From Girardia tigrina (Eukaryota), in contig MQRK01169514.1 in the NCBI GenBank assembly GCA_001938485.1, forward strand, positions 1 through 51,097: a DNA stretch of 51,097 nucleotides, written 5' to 3'. A program made the position numbers and the translations under genes. Under the pieces are notes generated by a model. The model had not been told where the DNA came from, ran no database searches, and worked only from the letters and a program-made list of their open reading frames with translations. This document shows positions 36,480 to 50,038 of this stretch, piece after piece; positions within the stretch are counted from its first letter, which is position 1, and every line of letters begins with the position of its first letter.

Positions 36480-37362
36480 TTTTTATTTCTTTTTGACCTT
36501 AGCCGTTGGCTGTGGATGCATCCAATTATGCACAAGCCTTCGCCATATCTCCTATTTGTAGCCCCTTTTCTCAGACACTCCATGTTTAATCAACTTCAAT
36601 CTTTTAAGTCTCTTTGGTCTCCCTCTTGGTTTATCTCCTTCCACTCTTCCTTCAGTGATAACATTTGCTAGTGCTAGTTTTCTTATCTGATGTCCGTAGA
36701 ATTTCAGCTTCCTTCTCTTTGTGGTTTCTTCTATTGATTCCGGACTTTTATCTAGTATTTCTGTCACACTCCTCCAGACAAAGTCGTTGGTCTTCGTTTC
36801 TTTCCACGTGATCTTCAGAATTCTCTTGTAGCACTTCATTTTAAACGCTTTATGTCTATCCATGCTCTTCTGATTTATTGTCCAGAATATTGCCCAAACA
36901 ATAGCCTTAGTGATCTTTATTCTGCTCTTGAGATTGATTTCTTTGAGGTTAAAAACTGTCCTAAACTTGTTTGCAATACCAATCTGGCTTCTGATTTCTT
37001 CTTCGGTTTTTCCCTTCTCTGTAATAGTAGAGCCTAAGTATTTGAAACTATCAACTTGTTCCAGCCTCTCCCCTTTAATATCGATCTCCAGTTTAACCTC
37101 GTTGTTATGGTTTCCTGAAACCATTGTTTTTCTTTTTTTCTCTGTTGATTTTCATTCCAAATTTTTTGACACTTTGGGCAATCTATTCGTAAATTACTTC
37201 CTCATCTTTACTAATTAGATCTATATCACCAGCGAATCGCAGGTTGGTTATTCTTGTTCTTTCGTAGCTTATTCCAACATCGTCTAGATCGTCTATTGCT
37301 TTCATAACATTTCTCTCAAGGAATAGATTGAACAGTGTTGGTGAAAGAATGCAACCCTGTCT
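36480..37362 (-). mobile_element. 5'-truncated RTE LINE
   Basis: RQGCILSPTLFNL, NLRFAGDIDL, FKYLGS, LKFYGH..EGRVEG..PRGRP. Confidence 0.88.
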
Positions 37363-39199
37363 TAATCATATTGATGATAAGAATAAGATACCCCGAAAAT
37401 CATCGTTGGTGACACCATTTACAATAAAACCTAAGTCGTCTGAATATAGCTGTTTAATAAAACGAATAAATTCCAGACCCTTTTTTTATGTTTACTGTTG
37501 ATATTTAAAACTATTTGTCTAAAATTAAATAATTTACGTTTGTTTTAAGAAGGAAAGTATCTTTTACTTAAATTTATTAACTCTAACTTTACTAAACTTT
37601 AATCAATCTTATCAACTAAAATTGGGATTTGAAATTAAAGACATTGATTACATTTGTATATATTATGAGGTATACCAGTGTGATGCAATCTTCGAGATCA
37701 AAACAGATTCTGAATAAGTTTTTTTATTTATTACAAGGTTTTCTACCTATCCATTCACATCTAAAAATTTTCAATATCGGGTGCATAAAAGTAAAGTGAT
37801 GATTTATAGAAGCTTATGTAATTGTATTCTTTCTATTTGAAAATGAAAAAATCAGAGTCAAAGAAAGGGTTTACCTTAACACTGATTCAAATTCAAACAC
37901 AGTTTCAAATTTAAGTTATTCAGAATAAACCACCTTTCTGGTCTAGAAATAGTAAATGTAGTTCATATGAAAATTTTTAAAAAGAAGATGTTTAACTTTA
38001 AGAATTTTAAGTTAACAATTGTCACAAGAAGCTGGGTTAAAATATTTATTCTTTATGGGTTAAATCCTTTCTGGATGTAAAAATTAATTTGATATTTTTA
38101 TATAATCTTAATATTGTTGACAAATCTTCATATAAAATTTAAAGTTATAAAAAAGGAAGAGAATTTATTCTTGATATATTTAACAACCATAATTTAATAA
38201 TGAAATCAGTATGATTAATTATTATTGTCTATTTTAAAACATTATAAAAATAATTTGAATTTTAACAATTAGAATATGGTAGTTTCAGTTTATTAAATTA
38301 AGGAGGATCATATAGAGATTTAGTTTTCTTCTCCCCTACCCTTCTATTGACAATCGCTGAAAATGTTCATTTATAAGATTTCCTTTAGGGTTTCTTTGAA
38401 TATTCTCATTTTCGTAAGTAATGATTAAGTAAATTATAAAAACCTAGATTTACTATAACTTAACAAGAAACATGAAAATAATTCTCGATTATTTTGTTCA
38501 CACTAAAAGAACTTTATCCTCTATTTTCTGCTCTGAAAATAAAATAATATCTAATTTATTTATTAATTTTAACTAGTTATCTATTATTAATAAAAATTGT
38601 TAGTCGCATTGACATTATATTCCATAATGTTTGATTCATGATTAGAAGTCATAGTTCAACACAAAAAATTATTAATGACAATTGCACACAAATTTAAACA
38701 GACTTCTCTTTAATTTAATCATTTCTCCAAAATCCATTTATTAAATTTTCTTCATTATTGGGTTCGAGATTAAAATCAAAATTCACGATACAAATTTTTA
38801 TTTAATACAACAATAAAACAATTTTTAAACAAATTTATGTTGAACAATATTTTCAATTTTCAAATTTGTATAAACCAGATATTAAAATTTTAAATATAAG
38901 CATATATCGATTTTAATTTGTGAATATTTATTCAGAATTTTAAGTTTTTAAATAAAATCGTAAAAAATGTTTTTTTTTACAATTTTATCTTAAATTAGAA
39001 TTTTTGTATTAATACTTTTTCAACGGATTTACAAAATTTTCGTTTTGTTTAATACTTTACAATTCCATTATTTGTATTTTAATTTAATCATCCATTTTAA
39101 TTTATTTCAAACATAATTCTTGATTTTGGAAAACTTTTGTTAAAACTTAATTAACTTAAACTTAGCTTTAATAATTAATTTTTGAGTTTGTTAGACAAA

Positions 39200-42100
39200 C
39201 ATAACTTTAATTATGTAATAATGTTGTTAAATATTCGAAATTAAATTTGTTTAAATACGTGATAAAAGCGTAAAAAACAGAATTGGATTTTTTGTGTTGT
39301 ACTTAAATAAACTTTGTTGTTGTTTAGTGGTGTTCTATTTCTGGTGAAACTACAAGCTATCGCTTGATGAAAACTTTATTGAAGATGATCAAAATATTCA
39401 AAGGCGACGAAGATGTGCATAGATGGTTCGAGAGAGCGAAGATCATTGCAGAGAAGACTGGCGAAAATTTGGTCAATGCATTCCTACTTTTATTCGACGG
39501 GTTAGCATTTAGAGTGGGGCAAAATTTACCCAAAGGGAGTCAAAATGATATGGAGAAGGTCGAGGCTGCCGTGGTAAAAGTTTTTAGGAAGGATGATGTC
39601 GATTTCTTGTTAGAGTTTCGATCGATTAAGTTACAGAAAGATGAAACAGTGGAAGATTTAACCGAAGATATTAGGCGATTATGCAGATTATCGCAGTTTC
39701 CGATTAATGAACAAATATTTAAATGTTTTTTTCTTAATCTGTTTACCCGATGATGTGCGAGTCAGATTGAAAAAATTAATAGAATTAGACGAGATATCGC
39801 AAAGTAAGTTAGAGGAAAAGGCCAGAATCATAATTAACGAGATGAGAGGCAAAGTTACTGTATGTGAGTGTTATAGAGCTTTATCAGGGCAAGAGGAATT
39901 CGCTCGTGGTCGGAGGATTCTTATAAAATGTTGCAAAAGCCCAATGACGAACTCTATCAGGCGGATGAGAGGCGCTAAAAATCCTCTATTCTGAAGTACT
40001 TTTCGTGCGGGAAGCCCGGTCATATAGCCAGGGATTGTATATCAAGTAATACGTTTAAATGTTTTAGTTGTGCAGGAGGGTTCATAAAGCGAACGAATAC
40101 AAGAAGAAGAATCATTTAAACTTAAACCAAGAATAATTGGCACCGCCTAATGTTGTACGCAGAGAAAGGTGCCTATGCGGATGAAGGTGAAGTTGAACGC
40201 TATGTGGGTTAATGCTCTTATTGATAGTGGGAGTGATGTGAGTATTGTAAGATATGAGTTAGGTAGAAAGAAGATAATTGAGTTTAATGTGTGTGTTAAG
40301 GCAGTTGATGGAAATGAAGTAGTTGTGCTTGGAGAGTGTGAGATAGAGATTGAACCGGAGTCTAATGTGATATTGAGATTAAAGTGTTTAGTTATGAGTG
40401 AGTAAGTAAAAGATGTAGATGTTATTATTGGCATGGATGGAATAATACAAGGATGAGGTATTAAAATTGATAGTAAAGGTTGTGTTTCGTGGAGTAAAGA
40501 GTTGTGTCATAGCGGCGCAACACAGGCGAATAGTGAAAGAAGTAATATTTATTCATATTCTAGTAAAAAGATGTATCAAAGCGGTGCAAAAATGACAAAT
40601 CTCGAAATAAATGATATTGATTTTAATGCAGAATTTAATGGATGGAAGTTGGAAGCAAAGTGGAAATGGAAAGATACAACGCCTCAGTTTTCAAATAAAG
40701 TAGCGAATTATCATATACATAAAGACACCAGAATAAAGTTTCATGAGGTACTATAGGGTAGAATTAGTGAAGGTTGGTTAAAAAAGTTCAAATAGTGATG
40801 GAGAAGGAATTATACCGTTGCTTGCGGTCAAACAAGAAAAGAGGGGTAAAGTAAGGCCTGTCATGGATTACCAATAGTGGAATCAGATTATTAGTTCTCA
40901 TAGATTAGATGCAGTATCAGTGGATGACGAACTTCGCGAGTGGAGAAGTATGCCAAAGAATTACAAAGTTATCAACTTGAAAGATGCCTATTTAGAAATT
41001 GGAGTGGATTCAACTTTATGGAAGTATCAGAGAGTGCGAATTAATAGTGAATTTTAAGAGCTTACAAGATTAGGATTTGGTTTAGTATCTGCTCCGAAAA
41101 TAATGTCCATGATTTAAGGAAAGGTTTTGTCTATTGATGAAAAAGTTCGCCGCGAAACTCGCCATTATGTAGATGATATCATTGTAAATGAAGACATAGT
41201 GAGCGTCGAAGAAGTACGGAATCATTTATCGAAGTACGGTTTACAATGTATAGACCCAGAGGAACTAAACGGAGCGAGAGTTGGATTAATGGATTACAAT
41301 GGAATGAAGAGTTTATTAATTTTAATCGTGCTGTAATGGATCGTTGGAATGTGGATATGAGCCGAAAATGTACAATATGGTGCGATGCAAGTTCTATTGC
41401 CATCGGATGTGTGTTGCAAATCGAAGACCATGTGATCGAAGATGGAAGCTGGTTAAGACAAGAAAATGATTGTGCACATATAAGCTGTTATCTTCTTTCG
41501 GAACGGCCGAATACTCCATAATAAAGAAATAAAGAGCTTTTTCGTAAAAATTTATTTCAATCAACAATTTTATACTTTTTTTGAATTGTCACCAAACTCT
41601 GAATATTAAAACAATTTCTTTATTTTAATATGATTCAGTTATTTTGGAGGAACCAATTTATTTAAATTACCAACCATATATAGTACAGATATTTATATAA
41701 ATAAAAATAGTTTAATTATTTAATTATTTAACTTAATTATTATGATGAAATTTTCTTAAANNNNNNNACATTATTATTCATTTAAATCAATTTAATTAAT
41801 TTAATTTAAATTCCATGCGGAATCAACTAAATTAATTTAAATTAAATTAATTATCCATCAAAAATTTTAGCTTCTAATTTAATCCCTAACATAAGCATTG
41901 CTGAGCTTGAAGCGATTATGAAAGGAATTAACTTGGCTTTGAAGTGGAATATGAAGAAGTTATTAATAATTACAGATTCAGTTGTAGTTCATGGTTGGCT
42001 CGCATCGTTGAAGACAAGAAAAAGCCGAATAAAATTAACCGGAATGAGTGAGATATTGGTCAGGAGACGTTTGGCTGTGATAGACAGTATTTTAAACGAG

Positions 42101-42705
42101 TCCGAAATAGATGTGGAGTGTGATTGGGTTCTCTCAGAACTAAACAAGACAGATGTCTTAACTAGAGTACCACGAAAATGGACAGAAAGGAAATGTTGTA
42201 TTGTTCAACAATAGAGAAAATTAAATGAGGCAAGAAAGAGTCATGAGCGACATCATTTTTAGATCGAGAAAAGCTGTCTGATAGCAGAAAAAACAAGGCA
42301 TTGAAATGTCGAAAAATGATATGGAGAGTGTCGTTCGAAACTGTCGACGGTGTAGTAGTATTGATTCCGCCCCTATAAAAACATCAAAGCGAACATTATC
42401 AGTAGAAAATGTTGGAAAAGATTGACTATAGATCATACTCATTACAAGAATAGAGTATATTTATCAGTAATTGATTGTGGACCTAGTCGATTTTCTATAT
42501 GGAGAGAAGTAAAAACTAAAGGAGTCGGCGACGTAATAAAAATTCTCGATGAATTATTTATGAAGCATGGTTCTCCTACAGAAATCCCTGTTGACAATGG
42601 AGCTTTTACAGGAGACAAATTCAAACAATTGCGTATTAAATGAAGTGTTAAGATAGACTATTTATATGCACATAGACCCAGTACGAACGGTATTGTGGAG
42701 CGCTG
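39200..42705 (+). mobile_element. Degenerate Gypsy retrotransposon (gag-PR-RT-RH-IN), 3'-truncated
   Basis: FSCGKPGHIARDC knuckle, ALIDSGS, YVDD, WCDASS, AELEA, HH..CRRC, TIDHT, VDNG, NGIVER in Gypsy domain order. Confidence 0.9.
41486..41891. mobile_element. Solo LTR inserted in the Gypsy RNase H (contains a 7-N gap)
   Basis: tgtta...taaca termini; 5-bp TSD TAAGC; removal restores CAHIS|IAELEA. Confidence 0.85.
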
Positions 42706-43889
42706 TTTGTTAAAAAATATTAAACTTATTTTAAATTGATTTTCTAATAAACTTTTTATTTTTAAAATAATTTTGCAAAAAAATATTTAACTTAACTTTA
42801 ACTTTAATTTCTTTAAAATATTTGTGTTCTACTTGACACGTTTTACCCAATTTATTGTTTTTATTTATTTTAAAATTCTTATTTTAGAACTCTTATTAAA
42901 TATTAAATATTATTATATTAATAGAAACTTTTTATATTTTTAAATTTTATGTACTTTTTTATTAAACATAATTATCTAATTTTTGTTGACTTATTAAAAA
43001 TATCCTTTTTAACTTTTTTATTTTTATGAACTTTGCGTTTTTATGTTATTATTTAATTTTGTTAAAATTTTAAATAAAAAAACTATTTGATAAATTGCAA
43101 ATTTTAACAAACTCCTTGTAAAAATAACCAGAAATAATTGAGACAGTTTTCCGATTAATTTTACTTTATTTTTTTATATTTTTATCCAAATTTTTGTACA
43201 TTCTAAATATCTGCAAAGCAAAATGTAAAGATCGATTAATTGATGCTGTCTGAAATGATCAACTTTCACTGCAGCAACATAAATCATAATTGCGACTACA
43301 CGATGGACATGCCATGTGTGAAATGTTACATGAAAACAAGTATTGATCATAGTGAAAATACAATTTAAGTATATGATGACCTTCTAGAAACATATAACAA
43401 AATCTATTCAGTACTTATTGTACCAAATGATCTAGGCGGAATTTATACGAAACAACTGCAGTGATTTGCGGAATGTTGAGGAATTTTTAATTTTCGTCCT
43501 TTTGTAAAATAATTATAACATTAATTGTAAAAATTTTATGCCAACAAGCGAAAAATATTTATCTGAATCGCCTCTTAAAATAAACAGAAAAGCACAAATT
43601 AACTTTTTTTCTAAAGGAAAAATAAGATAATTCATTATTGTCATTTATTATCCCCCTGTGCTTAAAGGGATAGAAAATTCCCAAAAAGGATTAAACTAGA
43701 TGCCTAAAGTGAACTTTTATTTGATAAAAGAAAATCTTTTTATTAGTTATTTTAATTATTTCTTTAATATTTTTTTTATTTTTTAGTTTTTTTTCATTTT
43801 ATAATTAATAGTAAAATTAAAATTTAAAAGATAAAGTTTAGGACTTATATTGGTTAGGAAAATAATTTAATAAAACTAATATTTATTTA

Positions 43890-44302
43890 CTAGGGAAAGA
43901 CCCGTCAGATATGTCGGGGGAGTTAAATTTCGTCTTTTAAAGTTTCTGTTTTAATTTAAAAATCGTAGTTATAATTTATTATTTCGAATTGGGTGTTTAA
44001 TTTTTCAAATTTTTTAAATTTCATTTTTTTATTTTCCTTATAAACAATAACCCTAACCATAACCCTAACCCTAACCCTAACCCTAACCCTAACCCTAACC
44101 CTAACCCTAACCCCTAACCCTAACCCTAACCTAACAGTAACCCTAACCCTTAACCTAAATCCTAACAATAATCCCTAACCCTAACCCGTAAAACGATTTT
44201 TGCCACAAAAAATTTAAATTAATTTAATTATCTACTTACTTTTGTAAGTAAATAATATGAGCGTTACGTAGATGAAACATTGGGCTTTTATATATATAAT
44301 GA
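43890..44302 (-). mobile_element. Non-autonomous Helitron copy B
   Basis: A|TC 5' end; subterminal hairpin and CTAG|T 3' end; no TSD; both ends homologous to copy A. Confidence 0.8.
44048..44187 (-). repeat. Interstitial telomeric array (TTAGGG)n, about 22 units, inside the Helitron
   Basis: ccctaa repeats with degenerate edges. Confidence 0.95.
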
Positions 44303-44919
44303 TTGTTTCAGAATTTAAATGAATATTTATTTATATTTTGGAAATTATTATTATTTATTTATATTTCAAATGATTTTTCAAAGACAATCAACCGTGATCA
44401 AGTCTCATGTTGCAGAAACTTTTAATCGTTCTTTTTTATCATGTTGAATTGTTTATTGCTGATTGATTTTCTTGCTGTTTATGTTTTTTAAAAATATGAA
44501 AAATAATAATTAGAAATGAAAATGAAATTAAATAATTCAAATTAAACAGAAAAATTAAATTAAAAAATAATTATTATGATTTAAATTATTATTCAAATCC
44601 AGACAAGGAATTCTTTGTCTGGACTTATTGGATTGATTACGCTGTGCCAATGTCTGTGCCAGTGTAGGTGAGATAAAAATAATTAAGTTAAATGGCTTGC
44701 CCTGATTGGTTGACTCAATTGGCGTGACGACAAATAATTTGAATATTCATTGCAAGAGCGCATCGAATTTTTAAATTTTATTTTTTTAAAAATTAGCAGA
44801 CATTTTCCGTTTGACTCTTTCTGTGCTGGTATACAAATCTACAGGGTGACACAAAATAAACTCTAATGTACTTTTCTATTGGATCTTTTTATCCACTTAC
44901 TTTTTTAACAACATCAATA

Positions 44920-45645
44920 TGAGGTTTACAACATTTATTAATATTACAAGCACATTCACTATTTGACATCTCTCTTGATCAATATTTTTTTCTGTCTTCA
45001 AACTAATTAAATTCAATAAATGAAAATCTGTTAATAGCAATTATTAATTATAAAGAATCTAATTGGTTAAAATTAAATCTAAACATTTTTTTAAAAATTA
45101 GAACATAATAAATTAATATATTAAAATTTTTAATTACATTAAAAATAAATAATACATGCAATAATTATTTAAAAATCTTTTTACTTTAAAATTAAATTAA
45201 ATTATTTTTAATTAGTATGAATCAAAGAAAATATCAATCATTCATCTGTGTAGGAGAGGCACAATCCAAATCAACATTCTACATGCACAATATCAACACA
45301 TAATTCAAAACATTCCTCGCATGCCCCTCGGTTTAAATGGCTTTAGCCATTCGACATTTCTAATCAAAGTTCTACCATCTTCGAGCTGTAACTCGTAACT
45401 CCTTTCGTGATTTCGCTTAAACACAATTGCCGGACCCATGTAACGGTCATCTTCTTTTGATATATTTTCTTTCTTTATCAACACTCTGTCTCCAACTTCA
45501 AAAACTCTTCTTGTCTCCACAATTTGTTCGACATTAACTTGGTTTCCGTTAGTTTCTTTATTGTTCTTCCACCAATGTCTTAATCGTTTCCCAAATATTA
45601 TTTCAGCAGGTGAAACACCTGTCGTAGCTTGAACTGTACTATGAG
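44920..45645 (-). mobile_element. Gypsy 3' end: integrase C-terminus, PPT and 3' LTR (45321-44920)
   Basis: HSTVQATTGVSPAE..FEVGDRVLIK..YMGP..RNVEWLK; purine tract gagggg then TG; aataaa and cctca end. Confidence 0.8.
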
Positions 45646-45723
45646 GATTGATCAACTCGACGCAATCCATTTGTTTCAACTGGCGACACTGACAGCGAAG
45701 AAGACGATCACGGAACAGGTCGT

Positions 45724-46470
45724 ATGTCACAAAGAAGCTTGCAGCGAATTTTGAAAGAAGACATACAGATGCGTCCCTATCATTTGCAAATGGCTCATGC
45801 CTTGGAGGAGACCAACTATGCCGCTCGAATTGAGTTTGCTCGAACCGAATTGGATCGATTGGATGAAGATGCAAACAGACTCAACAATCTTCTTTTTACG
45901 GATGAAGCACACTTTCATTTGAACGGAAGCGTCAATTGTCAAGACTGGAACATGTGGGCCGATGAAAATCCTCATTGGTTTGATGTTCGTCGACTTCATC
46001 CTCAAAAATTGACAGTTTGGATGGAAATTGGTGTCGAAGCTGTTGTTGGCCCATATTTTTGGGAGCAACAAGGAAATGAGCGCGGAATCAATTGTCGTTG
46101 GATGACTGAATTGTATCAAGAGCACGTTATTCAAGAGCTTCAAACTTGGCCGAATTTCAATTCTCACATTGAGCAGCATGACGGCGCTCCGCCACACATT
46201 CTTAGAGATTTTCTTGAATTGTTGGGTCAACAGTTTCCAAATCGATGGATAGTTTGCAGAACACGGGCGTATTCTGCTCCAGTTAGATGGCCACCTCGCT
46301 TGCCAGATTTTACAGAATGTGACTATTGGTTGTGGGGCTACATGAAAGGTCGAATTTATCATCGCAAACAACGTCCAAGCACACTCGAAGAGTTGAGAGC
46401 AGCGATTGAAGGAGTTGTCAATGAAATCTGTGGAGACCGCGCACTTCGTGAACAGACGACTTTTGCATGA
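45724..46470 (+). CDS. Transposase catalytic domain with DD46D spacing (N-terminally truncated)
   Basis: FTDEAHFHLNG, QHDGAPPH, WPPRLPDFTECD; 138 nt (46 codons) between the 2nd and 3rd Asp codons. Confidence 0.85.
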   Translation: MSQRSLQRILKEDIQMRPYHLQMAHALEETNYAARIEFARTELDRLDEDANRLNNLLFTDEAHFHLNGSVNCQDWNMWADENPHWFDVRRLHPQKLTVWMEIGVEAVVGPYFWEQQGNERGINCRWMTELYQEHVIQELQTWPNFNSHIEQHDGAPPHILRDFLELLGQQFPNRWIVCRTRAYSAPVRWPPRLPDFTECDYWLWGYMKGRIYHRKQRPSTLEELRAAIEGVVNEICGDRALREQTTFA

Positions 46471-46792
46471 ATGTTTTCTTAGAGATGGAGGACAAGTTGA
46501 AATTCGATAATTAATTATTGTTATGCTTTTATGGAATAAAAAGCTTGTTAAATATTTCGTCTCAAAATTTTTTTTTAATTTTTGATGTTTTTTTTCGATT
46601 TTTTTATATACCATCAGAATTTGGCGACGCTCAGGATTCTAAAAATGTATACTTTACCTATAAAAACGTAGGTGGATAAAAAGATCCAATAGAAAAGTAC
46701 CTTGGAGTTTATTTTGCGTCACCCTGTATAACAAAAAATGGGGGTCAGGAGAATAATAAAATATCCTTTGGCGAAGAAGGTATTAAAATTAC

Positions 46793-47540
46793 TGTGAGGA
46801 ATATTTTAAATTGTTTGAAATATTGATGATGTATGTTGATTTGAGTATGTTGTAATTAGAATGGTGATTCTTCCACCTAAATGGAAATTGGTATTGTGTA
46901 TAATTAAAGTGATTGACTATTGGAACATAATTAAAATAATAATTTGTATATATTTTTTAAATTAACAACCAAAATTAAGTTTAATATTTTTTAATAAAAT
47001 TTAAATTAAATTCATTTTCAAATATTCGATAACATTTCTTTATTATTTTGGGTTTTTTTTAAGAAATGGTTTAAATTATTATTTTTAATTAATATTTTTA
47101 AAAATTAAATATTTTAAAAAGATTTTGAAAAATTGTTCGAATAATCATTGATTAAAAATAGAAATAATAAAACCAATTAGAGCGATGTCAAACGGTAAAA
47201 GATCTTCTGAGAGTTGTAATGATTCTAAATGTGACAATAATAAAAATTCAAATGAGACTTGTCTCAATGTTCTTAATAGCAAAAAGCCATATTATGTATA
47301 AATAATTTAATTTAAATTATTACTACAAAAGAAATGTTACAACTTTCTTTGAATAAAAATGATTCAAATATTTGCTGTACAACAACTTATTTAATTTTTA
47401 TAAATTTTATCATTTAAAATATTTTTAAAAATAAATAAATTTTCCTAATATAAATTTTAATAATAATAAAATACTAATAATAAATGATTACCTTTTATGA
47501 TAGAGTTTTTCTTTCACTAATACATTTACTAACATCCTCA
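46793..47540 (+). repeat. LTR of the TGTGAGG family
   Basis: Starts tgtgaggaat; possible end cctca at 47540; no TSD match. Confidence 0.6.
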
Positions 47541-48471
47541 TAGAAAAGCCTAAATTTTAGAAATTTGCTCCTTGTTTCAAGATAACTAGATGTTCTTGAG
47601 TAATGCTTTAACTATATAACGTTTGAGCAATGGATTTAGCATTTTTTTGAAAAACTTGGTTACTCTTATGCAAATGATTTTATTTTTAAAATTTTAAATT
47701 ACGAAAAATAATATTCAATAATAATAAAAATATATAAAAAACATCAAAGCTTTGTGCTTCATTTATCAATAGAAGATTAATTGTTAATTAATAATTCAAA
47801 AATTATTTTTAATCTCTCTCCGTGTAATTTTTAATTATTTTTTAATTCAAAACAATTTTTATTATTTTTTTTGATTTTATTATTATTATTTTAATTAAAC
47901 CTAATTTTTTATAAAAATTATAAAATTTATTAAAAATTAATTAGTTTGTTACGTAGCAAATATTCAATCCATTTAATTTATAAATTATTAATTGATAATT
48001 TAAAAATATTTGTCTATTTCTCTTCACGTATATTTTTTGAATTATTATTATTATAGTGTACCTAATTTTTTATAAAAGAAATTAAAAAAAATTAATTAAT
48101 TTTTTGTGTAACAAATATTCAATTCAAGACAGTTGTAAAATTAAATTTTTTTGGAATAATATGTATTCAATAATTTATAAATAGTATTAATTTCTATATA
48201 TAGAAAATCTATTTCATTTGATCCAGAAAATATAGTTATTTTTTTTTAATTTCTATGATTATGTTAGAGACATCAACGAGGAAGCGAAAATGTGGGAGAG
48301 AATGATGTATTGGTGTATTTCCGTGAGTCATTCTCTTTCAGTGGGACATCTGAACAATTTCTAAAAAGTTTGTTATACAAATTTAGCGAACTAATATTAT
48401 TTATAAAATTAGACAGTTAATATTTTTTTCCAATAAAAACATCAATTAATTAATAATAATACAAATCATTA

Positions 48472-49321
48472 CAGGGTTTCCACTTTTAAATGTGAATTTT
48501 TTCATTTTGAAGTGTGAATATTTCCACTTTGAAATGTGAAAATTAAAAAGATGAAAAAGTTATATAAAAACATATAAAAAATGGTTAAATAAAAAACACT
48601 TTCATGTAATGATTTAATTATAATTTTCATCATCAATTATTTGTGTTCAAACATTTCGGAATAAAAGATAGCATGTGCCGATAGTAATTTTCACAGCTAT
48701 TTGATACAACTGCATTAAAAGAGGAGTCGATACTGGTGAATAACTGCTCTTCATTATGAGGGCGGGCCACTCTAACACGCTGCTTTACCTCAGAAAACAC
48801 GTTCTCTATTGGATTCAAAAATGGGGAGTAGGGTGGCAAAAATAAATTGTATGCCCGGTAGCTGTTATTTTTTTGCAACAAGGTGGAACTTATGGAATGC
48901 GACATTGTCCATAATAAACATCATATTACTCATATTCATTTCGGCCAGTTTAGCTACGGTATCATCAATAAATTCTAGAAAGGTTTCAGTATTGATAGCA
49001 CGATTTTGCCTTTTATAGTACAGCACACTGGTCTTAAGCAGTCCACAACAAACGGAAATATTTCTACTTCTGATATTTTGAACGCGCTGAATTGCTGCAT
49101 GACCACGCTCACTTCTTCCATGTTGGCAGCGCATGCTTATATTGAAGCCAACTTCATCTACAAAGATGAAATTGTTTCCATCAGCCCGTGAAACAAGCCT
49201 ATATTTATTAAATTATTTTCAATATATTAGTAGTAAATTTATTTATAAAGTTTTCACACTTCAAAGTGGAAATATTCACACTTCAAAATGAAAAAAATCA
49301 CATTTAAAATTGGAAACCCTG
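48472..49321 (-). mobile_element. Internally deleted Tc1/IS630-like (DD34E-type) element with ~70-bp repeat-containing TIRs
   Basis: TA TSD; FVDEVGFN, IMDNVAFH, LPPYSPFLNPIE with a frameshift; HTH missing. Confidence 0.88.
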
Positions 49322-50038
49322 TATATTCAATATCTAAATTGTTACTAAAAAATGTTTTATCTTTTATAAAATTTTAATAAAATTTTTAATAATTGAAAAT
49401 ATAATATTTATTTTAATTTTTCTATATTAAGAATTAATTAAACTAATTTTTTTTCGCTCCGATAAAAATGACTTTATATTTAACATAATAAATTATGAAA
49501 AATTTTATTCAAATAAATGAAGTTAATTCCTTTTTCCTAAATTTTATCTGAACACCGAAAAAGGATTTTAAGTCTCATATTTTAGACTTGAATTACTATG
49601 TGTAAATGTTTGCAGGCGTCTTTAAACTTTATTAACTTTAGGGGCCTTGCATGGTCGCATGTATCTTATAAAAAAGATTGTAAAGTTTAGTGGTTATATT
49701 TTGTAAAAACCAATCAATAACATTATAACATCTTTAAATTCATTGGCCTTTAATAATTATATTTTTGAAAAGAAATACCAGTAGAATCTAACAATCCACT
49801 GACAAACCTTCGAGGATCTTCAAATTATGGTTTAAAATTGTCGGCTATTAAGTTTTAAGAAAAAAAAATAATTACTAAAATAAATATTTTTTTTCAATTT
49901 AAAAGACAATTTGTAAAGTTACTTTGTTTTAAATAAAAAAATTTAAATTCTATTTTTAATAAAATAATCATCATTAATAATTATTTAAATAATTCATTAA
50001 TTTTCATAAAAGCTTCTGAAACAAAATAAACACTTTAC

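Larger units (their letters stand above)
44842..46726 (+). mobile_element. DD41D(rosa/Visitor)-family element with ~58-bp TIRs; 5' part replaced by Gypsy sequence
   Basis: TIR cagggtgac(a/g)caaaataaactc...; TA TSD. Confidence 0.9.

Noticed and set aside
43956-44168. ORF with (VR)n repeats
   Set aside because: Translation of the telomeric array
44597-44623. Near-perfect palindrome centred on gaattc (and a 10-bp hairpin at 6613-6637)
   Set aside because: Isolated and short, with no associated element identified
45727-46614. 295-aa antisense ORF
   Set aside because: Shadow frame of the transposase with no recognisable motifs
47185-47301. Apparent family of small Cys-rich peptides (MSN/MTN...C..C..VLN) here and near 5590, 28405 and 33973
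   Set aside because: These lie within homologous LTRs; lengths and stops are not conserved, so the similarity is at DNA level
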